Shown here in pieces: positions 8,816 to 17,193 of a stretch of DNA of 64,000 nucleotides (position 1 is its first letter; each line of letters begins with the position of its first letter). The position numbers and the translations under genes are program-made. The stretch lies in IMG/VR virus record IMGVR_UViG_3300028603_000021, positions 64,001 to 128,000 of that record, one strand, 5' to 3'. Source of the stretch: a virus (lineage: Duplodnaviria > Caudoviricetes). Below the pieces are notes generated by a model that did not search any database, was not told the DNA's origin, and was given only the letters and a program-made list of their open reading frames with translations.

Positions 8816-8817
8816 CG
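8729..8817. repeat. two identical 28-bp direct repeats (8729-8756, 8790-8817) flanking a 33-bp spacer that contains a perfect 24-bp palindrome (8765-8788)
   Basis: ATAGCACAGACCCGCTCGCGGGTCAACG twice; AAAGGTCTCGAATTCGAGACCTTT. Confidence 0.95.
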
Positions 8818-8820
8818 TCC

Positions 8821-10140
8821 TCAGAAGGTCGAAAGAACTTCGTCCCTCAGAGCAAACTTGCCGAACTCTTTGTAGAACATCAGGTCTCTCACGAACACCG
8901 GCCCGTTACGCTGCTTAGCAACCTCAAACTTAACCGGCACTTCTACCTGGTCTTTCAGGTAGGCATCTATGTTCGCAATCTCTGCTATGCTTGCGATGTC
9001 TGGATACATGAAGGCAACGATAGAAGCGTCTTGCTCCAGAGAACCAGAATCTCTCAGGTCTGCTAGGTTAGGTGTACCACCCCTCTTGACTACCTCACGG
9101 TTAAGCTGCGCAGCTATCACTAGTGGTATGTCAAGCTCGCTAGACACGTTCTTAAGCTCTCGTGATATGGTAGACAGCTGGTCGTTTCTGGTAGCCCCAG
9201 CGGTGCCCCCGATAAGACCGATGTAGTCTATGTACACTACATCACACCCATGTTCGTATACGAGCTTACGTATCTTCTGTATGACTGTGTTAACCGTGAA
9301 CGGGCCTGAATCATCTAGGAACAACGGCATCTCGCTGTACCACATCAAGGCTTCTTTAACAGCATCAGTAAGTTCTTTCCTCTTAAGAAGCTCCTCTCCG
9401 TTTACCTCTATCTTAGAAGAAACTAAGCGGTTCATAAGCTTTGGCACAGACATCTCCATGGACAGGAAACCCACGCTTGCCCCTATCTCTAGGTTGCTTC
9501 TGACAGACTGAAGCAGCATGGCCGACTTTCCTACGCCAGGACGAGCTGCAAGGTACGATATCTCCTTGGCGTCAAAGTCAACCAAGCGCGAGTCTATAGA
9601 TTCAAGTCCTGTATATTTCAAACTAGTCCTTTCTCTTGTAACCATCTCCATGTAGGATGATATAAGGGCATCACCTGAGGAAAACTCCTTCTGTACATCC
9701 TTGGAACTTACCTGGTGGATTAGCGATGCCAGCATCGTTGTGTAGTCGGATAAGTCGCCGTCTCCCTTCTTGATGGCGTTGTCTATCTTCTTAACCCCAG
9801 ATTCTAGCAGGCGGTACCCAGAAAACTCGGACAGTTGAGTGACGAACGCTACGAAAGCAGTAGCATCTACTCGGTATGACAGCATGTCATTGATCTCTGA
9901 CTCTGTTATGCCAGTGTGTCCTCTCTTGTAGAGAGAATTCCACACTGTCTTGATGTTTATATCCAGCCCAGATTCAAACAGCTCTACCATAGCTGAGTAC
10001 ACAGCCGCATTCCCTGGATAGAAGAAATCATCTGGAGTCAGCACAGACGCTGCTCTGGTGAACAGCTCTGGCGAGTACATCACGGTTCCTAGTACAGATA
10101 GTTCGGTTTCTTTTGAGTTAAGCATTAGTCCTTTCTTCAT
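8821..10140 (-). CDS. dnaB: replicative DNA helicase
   Basis: AARPGVGKS, FLSMEM, VYIDYIGL, AAQLNR, DLRDSGSLEQDA, KQRNGP. Confidence 0.95.
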   Translation of the reverse strand: MKKGLMLNSKETELSVLGTVMYSPELFTRAASVLTPDDFFYPGNAAVYSAMVELFESGLDINIKTVWNSLYKRGHTGITESEINDMLSYRVDATAFVAFVTQLSEFSGYRLLESGVKKIDNAIKKGDGDLSDYTTMLASLIHQVSSKDVQKEFSSGDALISSYMEMVTRERTSLKYTGLESIDSRLVDFDAKEISYLAARPGVGKSAMLLQSVRSNLEIGASVGFLSMEMSVPKLMNRLVSSKIEVNGEELLKRKELTDAVKEALMWYSEMPLFLDDSGPFTVNTVIQKIRKLVYEHGCDVVYIDYIGLIGGTAGATRNDQLSTISRELKNVSSELDIPLVIAAQLNREVVKRGGTPNLADLRDSGSLEQDASIVAFMYPDIASIAEIANIDAYLKDQVEVPVKFEVAKQRNGPVFVRDLMFYKEFGKFALRDEVLSTF

Positions 10141-11566
10141 CTATAGGTACAAACTCATCAGACGCCACATCAAATTTCCATGCCGGTGCTGACGTTCTGA
10201 GGCGTTTCAGGTTTTCATCCGCTGCACGACGCTTATCCACGAGAGCCTTCGCCCGTTGCAACCACGGGTCATTCTCTATATTATCCCAGATGCTCGCATG
10301 AGAATCATCCGCCTTCTCTGCCGCTAGCTTTTCATCTTGTATGCGGTTAGCCTCTCGCTGAAGTTCGGAAATACGCTTAGCTTCGAGCATCTCCTGGTAA
10401 AACTTAGCATTCTGCCTCACCAACGCCATGAGGTTTCTACCACCCTGCGACAGGAAGTCTAGTGACGACCCACCCTCGCGCACCACCTTGTGCAGAGTCC
10501 ACAAGCACTGCTCGTGCGAGTACTCTTTCAGCAGGGAGTTCTTGTACGCGCCCACCACAGTCGCATAGAACTTCTTGGTAGAGGTGGCCACGACACCGGT
10601 TATGTCCTCGTGTAGAGCAGCCCACAGCCCTGCCAAGGCGACGTGAGGATTCTTGGGGTTCGGGTCATACGCAGAGACGGCGAAGGAGAAGCGCGGGTAC
10701 TTCGGAAAAGCCAAGCCCGGCTCACGAGACGCTAACACTTGGTTGATTAAATGCAGTGACGTACCGTCTGCATAAGCTTCACGCGCAACCTTAACTGCGT
10801 CGTCGTTCGTCTCTGCATCACGTATCCTTTTGGAATAATCAGTGGATGACACGGTAGTGGCATCCGAAATAGTCGCCCCTGACGGCGTTTCCTCGGTTTT
10901 GGGTGAGTTAAGGTCCTTTATTCTTTTCTTATCTATTCTAAGGGGCTGCTCCACACTAGATTTATCCCGTGCAGCACGTGATTTCTTCACAGTTTCCGTA
11001 GGCTCGGTTCTGGAAAAATTTTTCTCAACGCTTGGAAATATTTTTCCGAGGAAGGCCTGTTTCTGCTTAGGCGGGGCTAGTTTCTCAACCAGAAAAGTCC
11101 TGAATTCCACCTCATCTCTTTCCAACCAAGACTCCCATGCGTCTATGAAATAACCCTCGTGGTCGTCGCCTACTGATAGCCCTAGCGAGCTGCTCTCAAA
11201 CCTCAGCCGTTTCCCGAGCAAAAACAGCCACCCATCTGCAAACGCATCACGACGTATGAGCTTCAGATCCTCCAGTGTAGACAAGTGGTTGTTTATACTC
11301 TTAGGCGTAAATCCCGTGGCCTCACACAACTCATCTAACGAGAAGTAAGCTGGTAGCCAGCCGTCGTCGTACAGAGATGCTACACGTGACACCCATCCCT
11401 CGCTCTTGTACTTCAGGGATTTTTCACCCTGTCTCCAGACACGTGTGAGTAGTAACCTGTACACACCACCTACCGACGCGCTGTCAAAAAACCTCAGATA
11501 CTCTGGGGTTCTAAGAAGCGAATACGGTGTTATGAGGAACGGTTCGTTTATCTGCTTTCGTGACAT
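10118..11566 (-). CDS. putative replication initiator (N-terminal winged HTH)
   Basis: SLDELCEATGFTPKSINNHLSTLEDLKLI HTH, low-complexity linker, immediately upstream of dnaB. Confidence 0.6.
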   Translation of the reverse strand: MSRKQINEPFLITPYSLLRTPEYLRFFDSASVGGVYRLLLTRVWRQGEKSLKYKSEGWVSRVASLYDDGWLPAYFSLDELCEATGFTPKSINNHLSTLEDLKLIRRDAFADGWLFLLGKRLRFESSSLGLSVGDDHEGYFIDAWESWLERDEVEFRTFLVEKLAPPKQKQAFLGKIFPSVEKNFSRTEPTETVKKSRAARDKSSVEQPLRIDKKRIKDLNSPKTEETPSGATISDATTVSSTDYSKRIRDAETNDDAVKVAREAYADGTSLHLINQVLASREPGLAFPKYPRFSFAVSAYDPNPKNPHVALAGLWAALHEDITGVVATSTKKFYATVVGAYKNSLLKEYSHEQCLWTLHKVVREGGSSLDFLSQGGRNLMALVRQNAKFYQEMLEAKRISELQREANRIQDEKLAAEKADDSHASIWDNIENDPWLQRAKALVDKRRAADENLKRLRTSAPAWKFDVASDEFVPIDEERTNA

Positions 11567-11578
11567 TCTTCCCTCCGG

Positions 11579-11607
11579 TTGACACTAGTACTGTATAGTG
11601 CTAGAAT
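11579..11607 (+). promoter_or_regulatory. sigma70-type promoter of the rightward replication operon
   Basis: TTGACA-17-TAGAAT with TG extension, 9 nt before the ATG. Confidence 0.8.
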
Positions 11608-11616
11608 GGTTTATAT

Positions 11617-12186
11617 ATGACTGAATCTTATGTACGCGGTAAGGATATCATCGTTGCCGTAGATATCGCCTTGAACAAAACAGGCATAGTAATCATGTCC
11701 GGGATGACAGTAGTAAGAAGTGATGTTTTTACACTGAAAACATCTGGAAACTATCTTGACAAACTCGATAAGATTCATGCTTACTTCTTAGAATACTTCG
11801 ACGAACTATTTAAGATGGAGCCTAACAGCATAGAATTAGTCTTAGAAGGCCGACTTTCGCGTGGTTTTTCGGGTAATGTACTTGCCTCTATAGAAGGAGC
11901 CAGAGTGACCACCTACCTTTCTTTCCATGCTAAGCTAAGAGAATATGTGAATGGTGAGAAACCTAAAGTTTTCATATACAGCCCCGGCACCGTTAAAAAA
12001 TTCTTCGCTGGGAGAGAAAACGCCACTAAGTCAGCCATGCATACCGCGGTTGTCTCACGGTTCTCATCCTTGAAGAAGATAAAATTCCAAGAGGATGTCT
12101 ATGACGCTATCTACTTAGGGTTATATCACCTATCCGGAAAGGAGAAAAAGAAGAGTGATACTAGACGAGGTAAAAAAGTATCCTGA
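11617..12186 (+). CDS. RuvC-like Holliday junction resolvase
   Basis: IVAVDIALNKTG, LVLEG, PGTVKKFFAG, DVYDAIYLG acidic tetrad. Confidence 0.8.
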   Translation: MTESYVRGKDIIVAVDIALNKTGIVIMSGMTVVRSDVFTLKTSGNYLDKLDKIHAYFLEYFDELFKMEPNSIELVLEGRLSRGFSGNVLASIEGARVTTYLSFHAKLREYVNGEKPKVFIYSPGTVKKFFAGRENATKSAMHTAVVSRFSSLKKIKFQEDVYDAIYLGLYHLSGKEKKKSDTRRGKKVS

Positions 12187-12625
12187 GCTTAGCGAGATAC
12201 TGATAGACCGTGATAAACTCCTGAGAAGCTTAGGCATAGATATGGTCACACGCGAATATATCGTCCTAGCCGAGCTTACGATACCAGAGCTGCAAGACCT
12301 ACAGATTAAGTCTCTGATGTGGTCTGAGACGGTGAACGAAGCACTCAGCACAGCTGAGCTTCTTAGGGACAAGCAAGCTGGAGAAACAGAGCGTATCGCC
12401 TCCGAAGTCATAAAAAACATGATGTCTATGGAGACTGAGTATAAGGTCACAGAGGCTAAGGCACACGCTAAGGCTTCTCCTAAGGTTATCGAGGCTTCAA
12501 ACAAGCTCAGCACCTTAGTCGCATACTGTAAGTTCTTAGACAGGCTCAGGGAAACCATAGATAAGTACCACTACACCGTAAAAGGTCGCACACGTAAGAT
12601 GGACGAGATAGAAAGGAAGTACTGA
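12155..12625 (+). CDS. helical hypothetical protein (possible UvsY-like recombination mediator)
   Basis: All-helical pattern, size and context; weak assignment. Confidence 0.4.
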   Translation: MILDEVKKYPELSEILIDRDKLLRSLGIDMVTREYIVLAELTIPELQDLQIKSLMWSETVNEALSTAELLRDKQAGETERIASEVIKNMMSMETEYKVTEAKAHAKASPKVIEASNKLSTLVAYCKFLDRLRETIDKYHYTVKGRTRKMDEIERKY

Positions 12626-12626
12626 G

Positions 12627-13496
12627 TTGAGCATACAAGACGCAAGAGAAAAGCTTGAGTTTGCAGAAGCGCACCCAGATATATTCGATCCAGTCAAGGT
12701 TCTAGACAAAGGGTTCGTAAGACTCGTAGACTGGTACGGCACCGACTCGCGTATCGCTGAGGCGGCGCGTGTGTCTTACAAAGGTGGCACCAAAGCGGTG
12801 AGGAACGATGCCGGTCTGGTTGACTACCTCATACGTCACTCACATACTAGCCCTGTAGAGCAGGTTGGCGTGACCTTCCACATCAAAGCCCCTATATTCG
12901 TGGCTAGACAGCTCTTTCGACACAGAACCAGCTCGATAAACGAGATAAGCGCTCGATACTCGGTTGTGGAGGAGGAATTCTATGTTCCAGCAAAGGCAAG
13001 AGCCCAAGATTCAGTCAACAAGCAAGGGAGTGTCTTCGACGAGCGTCTGAGCAGCCCTAAGATGAAGGCTATCGTTGAGGAAGTGGACAACATCTCTTAC
13101 TCTGCGTATAAATCTCTGCTGAAAGAGGGCGTAGCGAGAGAAATGGCCAGGATAGTGCTCCCGGTTAACCTCTACACGGAGTTCTACTGGAACCAGAACC
13201 TACATAACCTTCTGCACCTCATACGGCTCAGGGTTGACGAGCACGCACAGTGGGAGATACGTCAGTATGCCGAAGAAATGTACCTGACGGCTAAGATATT
13301 GTTCCCTGGGGCGGTTTCCTCATGGGAAAACCACACCAAAAACTCGGTAAAGCTGTCGGGACATGAAGTAGAGATGCTTCATGAGACACTTACTCCAGAC
13401 ATCTTAGAAGCATTGCTGGAAACTGTTGAAAAAAGTGACCTTCCTTCTGGCATCAAAAGGGAAACTTCGGAAAAGTTTAAAGCCCTGGTGAAGTGA
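12627..13496 (+). CDS. thyX: flavin-dependent thymidylate synthase
   Basis: AARVSY, HTSPVE, RHRTSSINEISARY signature, HAQWEIR. Confidence 0.95.
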   Translation: MSIQDAREKLEFAEAHPDIFDPVKVLDKGFVRLVDWYGTDSRIAEAARVSYKGGTKAVRNDAGLVDYLIRHSHTSPVEQVGVTFHIKAPIFVARQLFRHRTSSINEISARYSVVEEEFYVPAKARAQDSVNKQGSVFDERLSSPKMKAIVEEVDNISYSAYKSLLKEGVAREMARIVLPVNLYTEFYWNQNLHNLLHLIRLRVDEHAQWEIRQYAEEMYLTAKILFPGAVSSWENHTKNSVKLSGHEVEMLHETLTPDILEALLETVEKSDLPSGIKRETSEKFKALVK

Positions 13497-14578
13497 TGGA
13501 CGAGATCTTTGCTGGGCTAGATACTGTCCTGAAGATAGTAGACACAGACTCTGATGTCTTGATACAGTCTTTCGGGACTAAGCTCTATGTGGCCTCGAAC
13601 AACGAATACCACGCAGCGATACATGAGGTTGTTACTGATACAGAGCCATTCCGTATAGTCTTGGAAGGAGAAAGTGCAAAACAGCTCCACAAAGCATTCT
13701 ACGGTGGTAGCATCTCTGTAGACGACAACATACTTACTGTAGACAGCGACGGGTCGTCTGCTGAGTTCCTCGGTCTCACAGGTAAAGAAAAGCTTACGGT
13801 CAAACGCTTAGGAGCTAAGTACACAGCAGATGACCCCGTAAGTATCGAGCCGACAGAACTACTCAGATTGTTTTCCGAAACAAAGCACGCAGCAGGCAGC
13901 CGTGATGTAGGGGATGTGCGCTTCACTGGGTATCACATCTGCATAGGTAGCTCGACTTTAGAGGTCATGGCCACTGATGGGAGTGTTATATCCTTGACAG
14001 ATGCGAAGGCTACCTACCACGGAGACGACGCTCACACCTTAGTGGTTGGGGAGGAGTTCTCGGTGGTTCCTGCTCTGATGCCAGGGGCTGAAAAAGCACT
14101 GTTGGCCTGGAAGGAAGGTACTATATCGACTACCTTCACTAAAGGTAAAGAGACCTTGAGGGTAGTTTCTAACATCATAGCCCAGTCACCGATACTTTAC
14201 CAAGAAGTCGTAGAAAAAACCGTCAGTGCGAACACCAACGAGTATATCATACCTCGCTCAGACTTCGTTACCGCACTCAACAAGGTAATATTCTTCACCG
14301 GAGACGACCAGAAGCAGAGGATAGACATCGAGGTAGAGGGCTCGGTCTGTACTTTCAGGGCTAAGAACAACAAAGGTTCTGTCACAGCGATTTCTGCCAT
14401 AACTCCGCTGGTTACTGAGCACGAAAAGCTTAAGTTCGGGATAAATCTTACATACCTTCTAGCGTTCCTGAAATCAACGAAGTACGAGGACATACACCTG
14501 TGGGTTAACACCGACAAAACTCCGATATTGTTTACTACAGGCACAGGAAAGGAGATAATCGCCGTTTTCAACACTTGA
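13493..14578 (+). CDS. dnaN: DNA polymerase sliding clamp (beta subunit-like)
   Basis: 361 aa three-domain size, VMATDG motif, FGINLTYLLAFLK, TPILF C-terminus. Confidence 0.75.
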   Translation: MMDEIFAGLDTVLKIVDTDSDVLIQSFGTKLYVASNNEYHAAIHEVVTDTEPFRIVLEGESAKQLHKAFYGGSISVDDNILTVDSDGSSAEFLGLTGKEKLTVKRLGAKYTADDPVSIEPTELLRLFSETKHAAGSRDVGDVRFTGYHICIGSSTLEVMATDGSVISLTDAKATYHGDDAHTLVVGEEFSVVPALMPGAEKALLAWKEGTISTTFTKGKETLRVVSNIIAQSPILYQEVVEKTVSANTNEYIIPRSDFVTALNKVIFFTGDDQKQRIDIEVEGSVCTFRAKNNKGSVTAISAITPLVTEHEKLKFGINLTYLLAFLKSTKYEDIHLWVNTDKTPILFTTGTGKEIIAVFNT

Positions 14579-14603
14579 CAGCCAAAAGGATACCTGCTAT
14601 ACT
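14575..14603 (+). promoter_or_regulatory. sigma70-type promoter upstream of the Hc1-like gene and ssb
   Basis: TTGACA-17-TATACT with TG extension. Confidence 0.85.
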
Positions 14604-14638
14604 AGCGTCATACCCACATTTGGGTGAAAGGATAAAAC

Positions 14639-14854
14639 ATGACAAACACACTTGAACGTCAACCATCAGCTTCTTCTCTCACACTACGTGAGAACTTCGA
14701 CGCATTCGTCGCAGCCTTTGAGGACGAGTTCCGTGCACAAGCAACAAAGAAGAACGAAGCCTCAGAACGCAGGATGCGTAACCTACTCCGTAAGTTCACC
14801 AAGCAAGTCTACGAGCCCTACAGGGACACGACACTCGGAAGGAACCGCGAGTAA
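14639..14854 (+). CDS. small basic helical protein, histone H1-like (Hc1) family-like
   Basis: KKNEASERRMRNLLRKF resembles KGNKAAGxRARK; AAAGGA RBS. Confidence 0.5.
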   Translation: MTNTLERQPSASSLTLRENFDAFVAAFEDEFRAQATKKNEASERRMRNLLRKFTKQVYEPYRDTTLGRNRE

Positions 14855-14860
14855 CCACCT

Positions 14861-15580
14861 ATGAATGACGTAACTTTGAGTGGGATTATAAGCGGATCGT
14901 TTCAGGAGTACGGTAACGACGGAATCCTGTTTAAGGCTGTTGTATCGGCTGGCAGTAACAACAGCGATGAATTCACGTGCTTAGCTTTCAGCAACAACGC
15001 CTCCTTCATCAAGCACAAGGGTAAGAGTGGTCAGCGCATCGTTTTCCAAGGCAGACTAGGTAGCGATAAACTCGGTACGGAAAACTACCACAGTGCCCTT
15101 ACTGTGGGTCGAGTCCTTGCGATAACTGACTCCGACAACGGTACTGACTCTGCATCTATCGTAGTCACAGGAGAATCCGAAGTACAGGATATCCGATACG
15201 TTGGGCAGAAAGAGACACCGTTGGTTCCCATCAAGATGACCAACCTCAGAAGCTTCCGAGGACGAGACGGGCAGACCAACACTTACAAGACATTCATCGG
15301 TGCCTCCGCATGGTCTGACAGGGCTGTGGCATTAAACGCTTCGTCTCCAGAGGGTGTCTACCCGCTGGTAGTCTCAGGATTCCTGAGGTCTAGGAACTAC
15401 GAGAACCAGGACGGCGACACCATCGAAAAGATTGATGTATGGGTGCAGGAGGTTCTACAGGGAGAAGGGCTCTTCGGTGACGAAGACTCCTCCCCGGCGG
15501 AGACTTCTAAGCTCGAGAAAAGCAGCAAAACCGAGAAGAAAGAGCCACGACGCGCTGCCGTTGACGACGCTCCTTTCTAA
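14861..15580 (+). CDS. ssb: single-stranded DNA-binding protein with two OB folds
   Basis: MNDVTLSG...FQGRL (OB1); VVTG...SAW...VSGFLRSRNYE (OB2); acidic tip DDAPF. Confidence 0.9.
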   Translation: MNDVTLSGIISGSFQEYGNDGILFKAVVSAGSNNSDEFTCLAFSNNASFIKHKGKSGQRIVFQGRLGSDKLGTENYHSALTVGRVLAITDSDNGTDSASIVVTGESEVQDIRYVGQKETPLVPIKMTNLRSFRGRDGQTNTYKTFIGASAWSDRAVALNASSPEGVYPLVVSGFLRSRNYENQDGDTIEKIDVWVQEVLQGEGLFGDEDSSPAETSKLEKSSKTEKKEPRRAAVDDAPF

Positions 15581-15582
15581 AC

Positions 15583-15601
15583 ACGAGGGTAATTCCCTCG
15601 T
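15583..15601 (+). other. stem-loop right after the ssb stop and right before the ribozyme cleavage site
   Basis: ACGAGGG-TAATT-CCCTCGT; no U-tract. Confidence 0.7.
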
Positions 15602-15602
15602 A

Positions 15603-15658
15603 GACTCGCAGACTGATTGCCTCCACGTGGCGCGAGTTGGGTCAAGCTAAACATCAGT
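15603..15658 (+). ncRNA. minimal HDV-like self-cleaving ribozyme (no P4)
   Basis: P1 GACUCGC/GCGAGUU with first G-U pair; P2 ACUGAU/AUCAGU; P3 GCC/GGC; L3 UCCACGU; P1.1 CC/GG; J4/2 GCUAA with catalytic C15647. Confidence 0.85.
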
Positions 15659-15659
15659 A

Positions 15660-15795
15660 CGGTTCGTGGTTGACACCCACACTGAAAACCGCATGGAAAA
15701 GGCACTCGCTCAGGATAATGGTTCAAATTCTTCCGATAAATAGCACTCGACTAGGTGGAAGCCCAAACAGAGTGTGGCGGGTGCCTGGAACATGC
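15660..15795 (+). ncRNA. unclassified structured RNA with three T-loop-like hairpins
   Basis: Nested stems CGGUU/AACCG, GCAUG/CAUGC, GGCACUCGCU/GGCGGGUGCC, GCACUC/GAGUGU; 7-nt loops UUGACAC, UUCAAAU, UGGAAGC. Confidence 0.6.
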
Positions 15796-15811
15796 ACGAG
15801 AAAGGGGTAAG

Positions 15812-16339
15812 ATGCTAGTAGGTATATCGGGCAAGAAAAGGGTAGGGAAAGACACATTCTACCAGCTGTCAAAAAGCCACTTAGAACACAAAGTTCCAGG
15901 CATAAAAGTAAGAAAATACTCCTTTGCAGATGCAGTTAAGCAGTACGCTGTAACATATTTTAAAACTAACCCAGAAGATAAAGAAGTAACTAGGTACATA
16001 CTACAGGGCATCGGACAGATGATGCGAGATGTTGTACGTAAAGACTACTGGATAGAGAAAGTACTTAACCTGTACGAACTAGATGTGCTAGTCGGAGGTG
16101 TTGACGTAGGGTTTGTCACCGATGTACGCTACACAAACGAAGCTGATATCTTCCACGACGACGATCTGTTGGTCAGAGTCACAGCACCCATCCTCCACTC
16201 AGACCCCCACCCCAGCGAAACAGCTCTGGATAACTATCACTTTGAGTACATGATAAACAACGATGGAACACTAGAAGAGTACAAAAGAAAGGTGGAAGAA
16301 TGGACGGACAAGATGATACTCCCCAGATTGATGAAGTAG
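15812..16339 (+). CDS. deoxynucleoside monophosphate kinase
   Basis: GISGKKRVGKDT P-loop, SFADAVK, RYILQGIG, TDVRYTNE, HPSE; real start ATG 15812 after AAGGGG. Confidence 0.9.
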   Translation: MLVGISGKKRVGKDTFYQLSKSHLEHKVPGIKVRKYSFADAVKQYAVTYFKTNPEDKEVTRYILQGIGQMMRDVVRKDYWIEKVLNLYELDVLVGGVDVGFVTDVRYTNEADIFHDDDLLVRVTAPILHSDPHPSETALDNYHFEYMINNDGTLEEYKRKVEEWTDKMILPRLMK

Positions 16340-16344
16340 CCGCT

Positions 16345-16911
16345 ATGCAAAACACGATACTAGCAATGGTGACCGGTGAAACTCCTGCACCAGGTAGGTC
16401 TGTAACCAGTGATCTCATAACTCCCAAGATAACCTTCGAGAAGCTTCTAGACACAGCGGTGATTCCAACACACCACGGTGAGTCTCAGCACGACAACGTA
16501 GGCATGGACTTCTACGCCGCTGAAGATGTTAACTGGAGGCGGGTATTCCATGAAAACACCGTTGGTCATGCAGATGTCATCCAGAAGTCTCCTTCCATAG
16601 TCTCTGTTGCACTAGTGCGCACCGGGTTGCGTGTAGCCCTACCACCAGGGATGCACCTCAGGTTTGCCTCGCGGAGCGGGTTAGCTACAAAGTCACTTGT
16701 CTATGCATTTCCCGGGACAGTAGACTCTTCGTTTCGCGGAGAGCTTATGATACAGCTTCTTGCTTTCGGAACGCATCCGCCCTACCTGAAAGCTGGGGCT
16801 AAGATCGCTCAGGGGATAGTTTTCCGAAGCGAAAGCTATAACATCTTCGAAGGTAAGGTCTCTCTAGATACATCCCGTGGGGAGGCAGGTTTCGGGAGCA
16901 CCGGACTGTGA
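16345..16911 (+). CDS. dut: trimeric dUTPase
   Basis: GMDFYA, SRSGLA, GTVDSSFRGE, KIAQG, RGEAGFGSTG. Confidence 0.92.
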   Translation: MQNTILAMVTGETPAPGRSVTSDLITPKITFEKLLDTAVIPTHHGESQHDNVGMDFYAAEDVNWRRVFHENTVGHADVIQKSPSIVSVALVRTGLRVALPPGMHLRFASRSGLATKSLVYAFPGTVDSSFRGELMIQLLAFGTHPPYLKAGAKIAQGIVFRSESYNIFEGKVSLDTSRGEAGFGSTGL

Positions 16912-17183
16912 TGCCTATCTACGACTACAAGTGCCGAGAATGTGGTAACATATGGGAAGTAGAACACTCGATATCGGTGGATGACGCTGTGGAAGAACTA
17001 GGACTGAAATGCCCAGAATGTGGGTCACAAGACATCTTCAAGTACCTGGGCAAGCGCAAGAGCCTTACAGTCAAGTTTATCGGCACTGGGTGGTACATCA
17101 ACGATTCAGCTTTAGAAGCCGCTGGGATGCCAGAAGCTACCAGAAACAGCCCGGAGACCAAGAAGCGTTTGTTCAGAGACTGA
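16908..17183 (+). CDS. FmdB-family zinc ribbon protein
   Basis: MPIYDYKCRECG...CPECGS...FIGTGWY. Confidence 0.85.
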   Translation: MMPIYDYKCRECGNIWEVEHSISVDDAVEELGLKCPECGSQDIFKYLGKRKSLTVKFIGTGWYINDSALEAAGMPEATRNSPETKKRLFRD

Positions 17184-17193
17184 GGAGGGTTAT

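Noticed and set aside
8729-8817. Calling the two 28-bp repeats a CRISPR array
   Set aside because: Only two repeats, a palindromic spacer, no cas operon, and each repeat matches a promoter; kept only as an alternative hypothesis
15701-15785. tRNA gene suggested by GGTTCAAAT
   Set aside because: No cloverleaf: the T-like loop lies in the 5' half, with no D arm, anticodon arm or CCA
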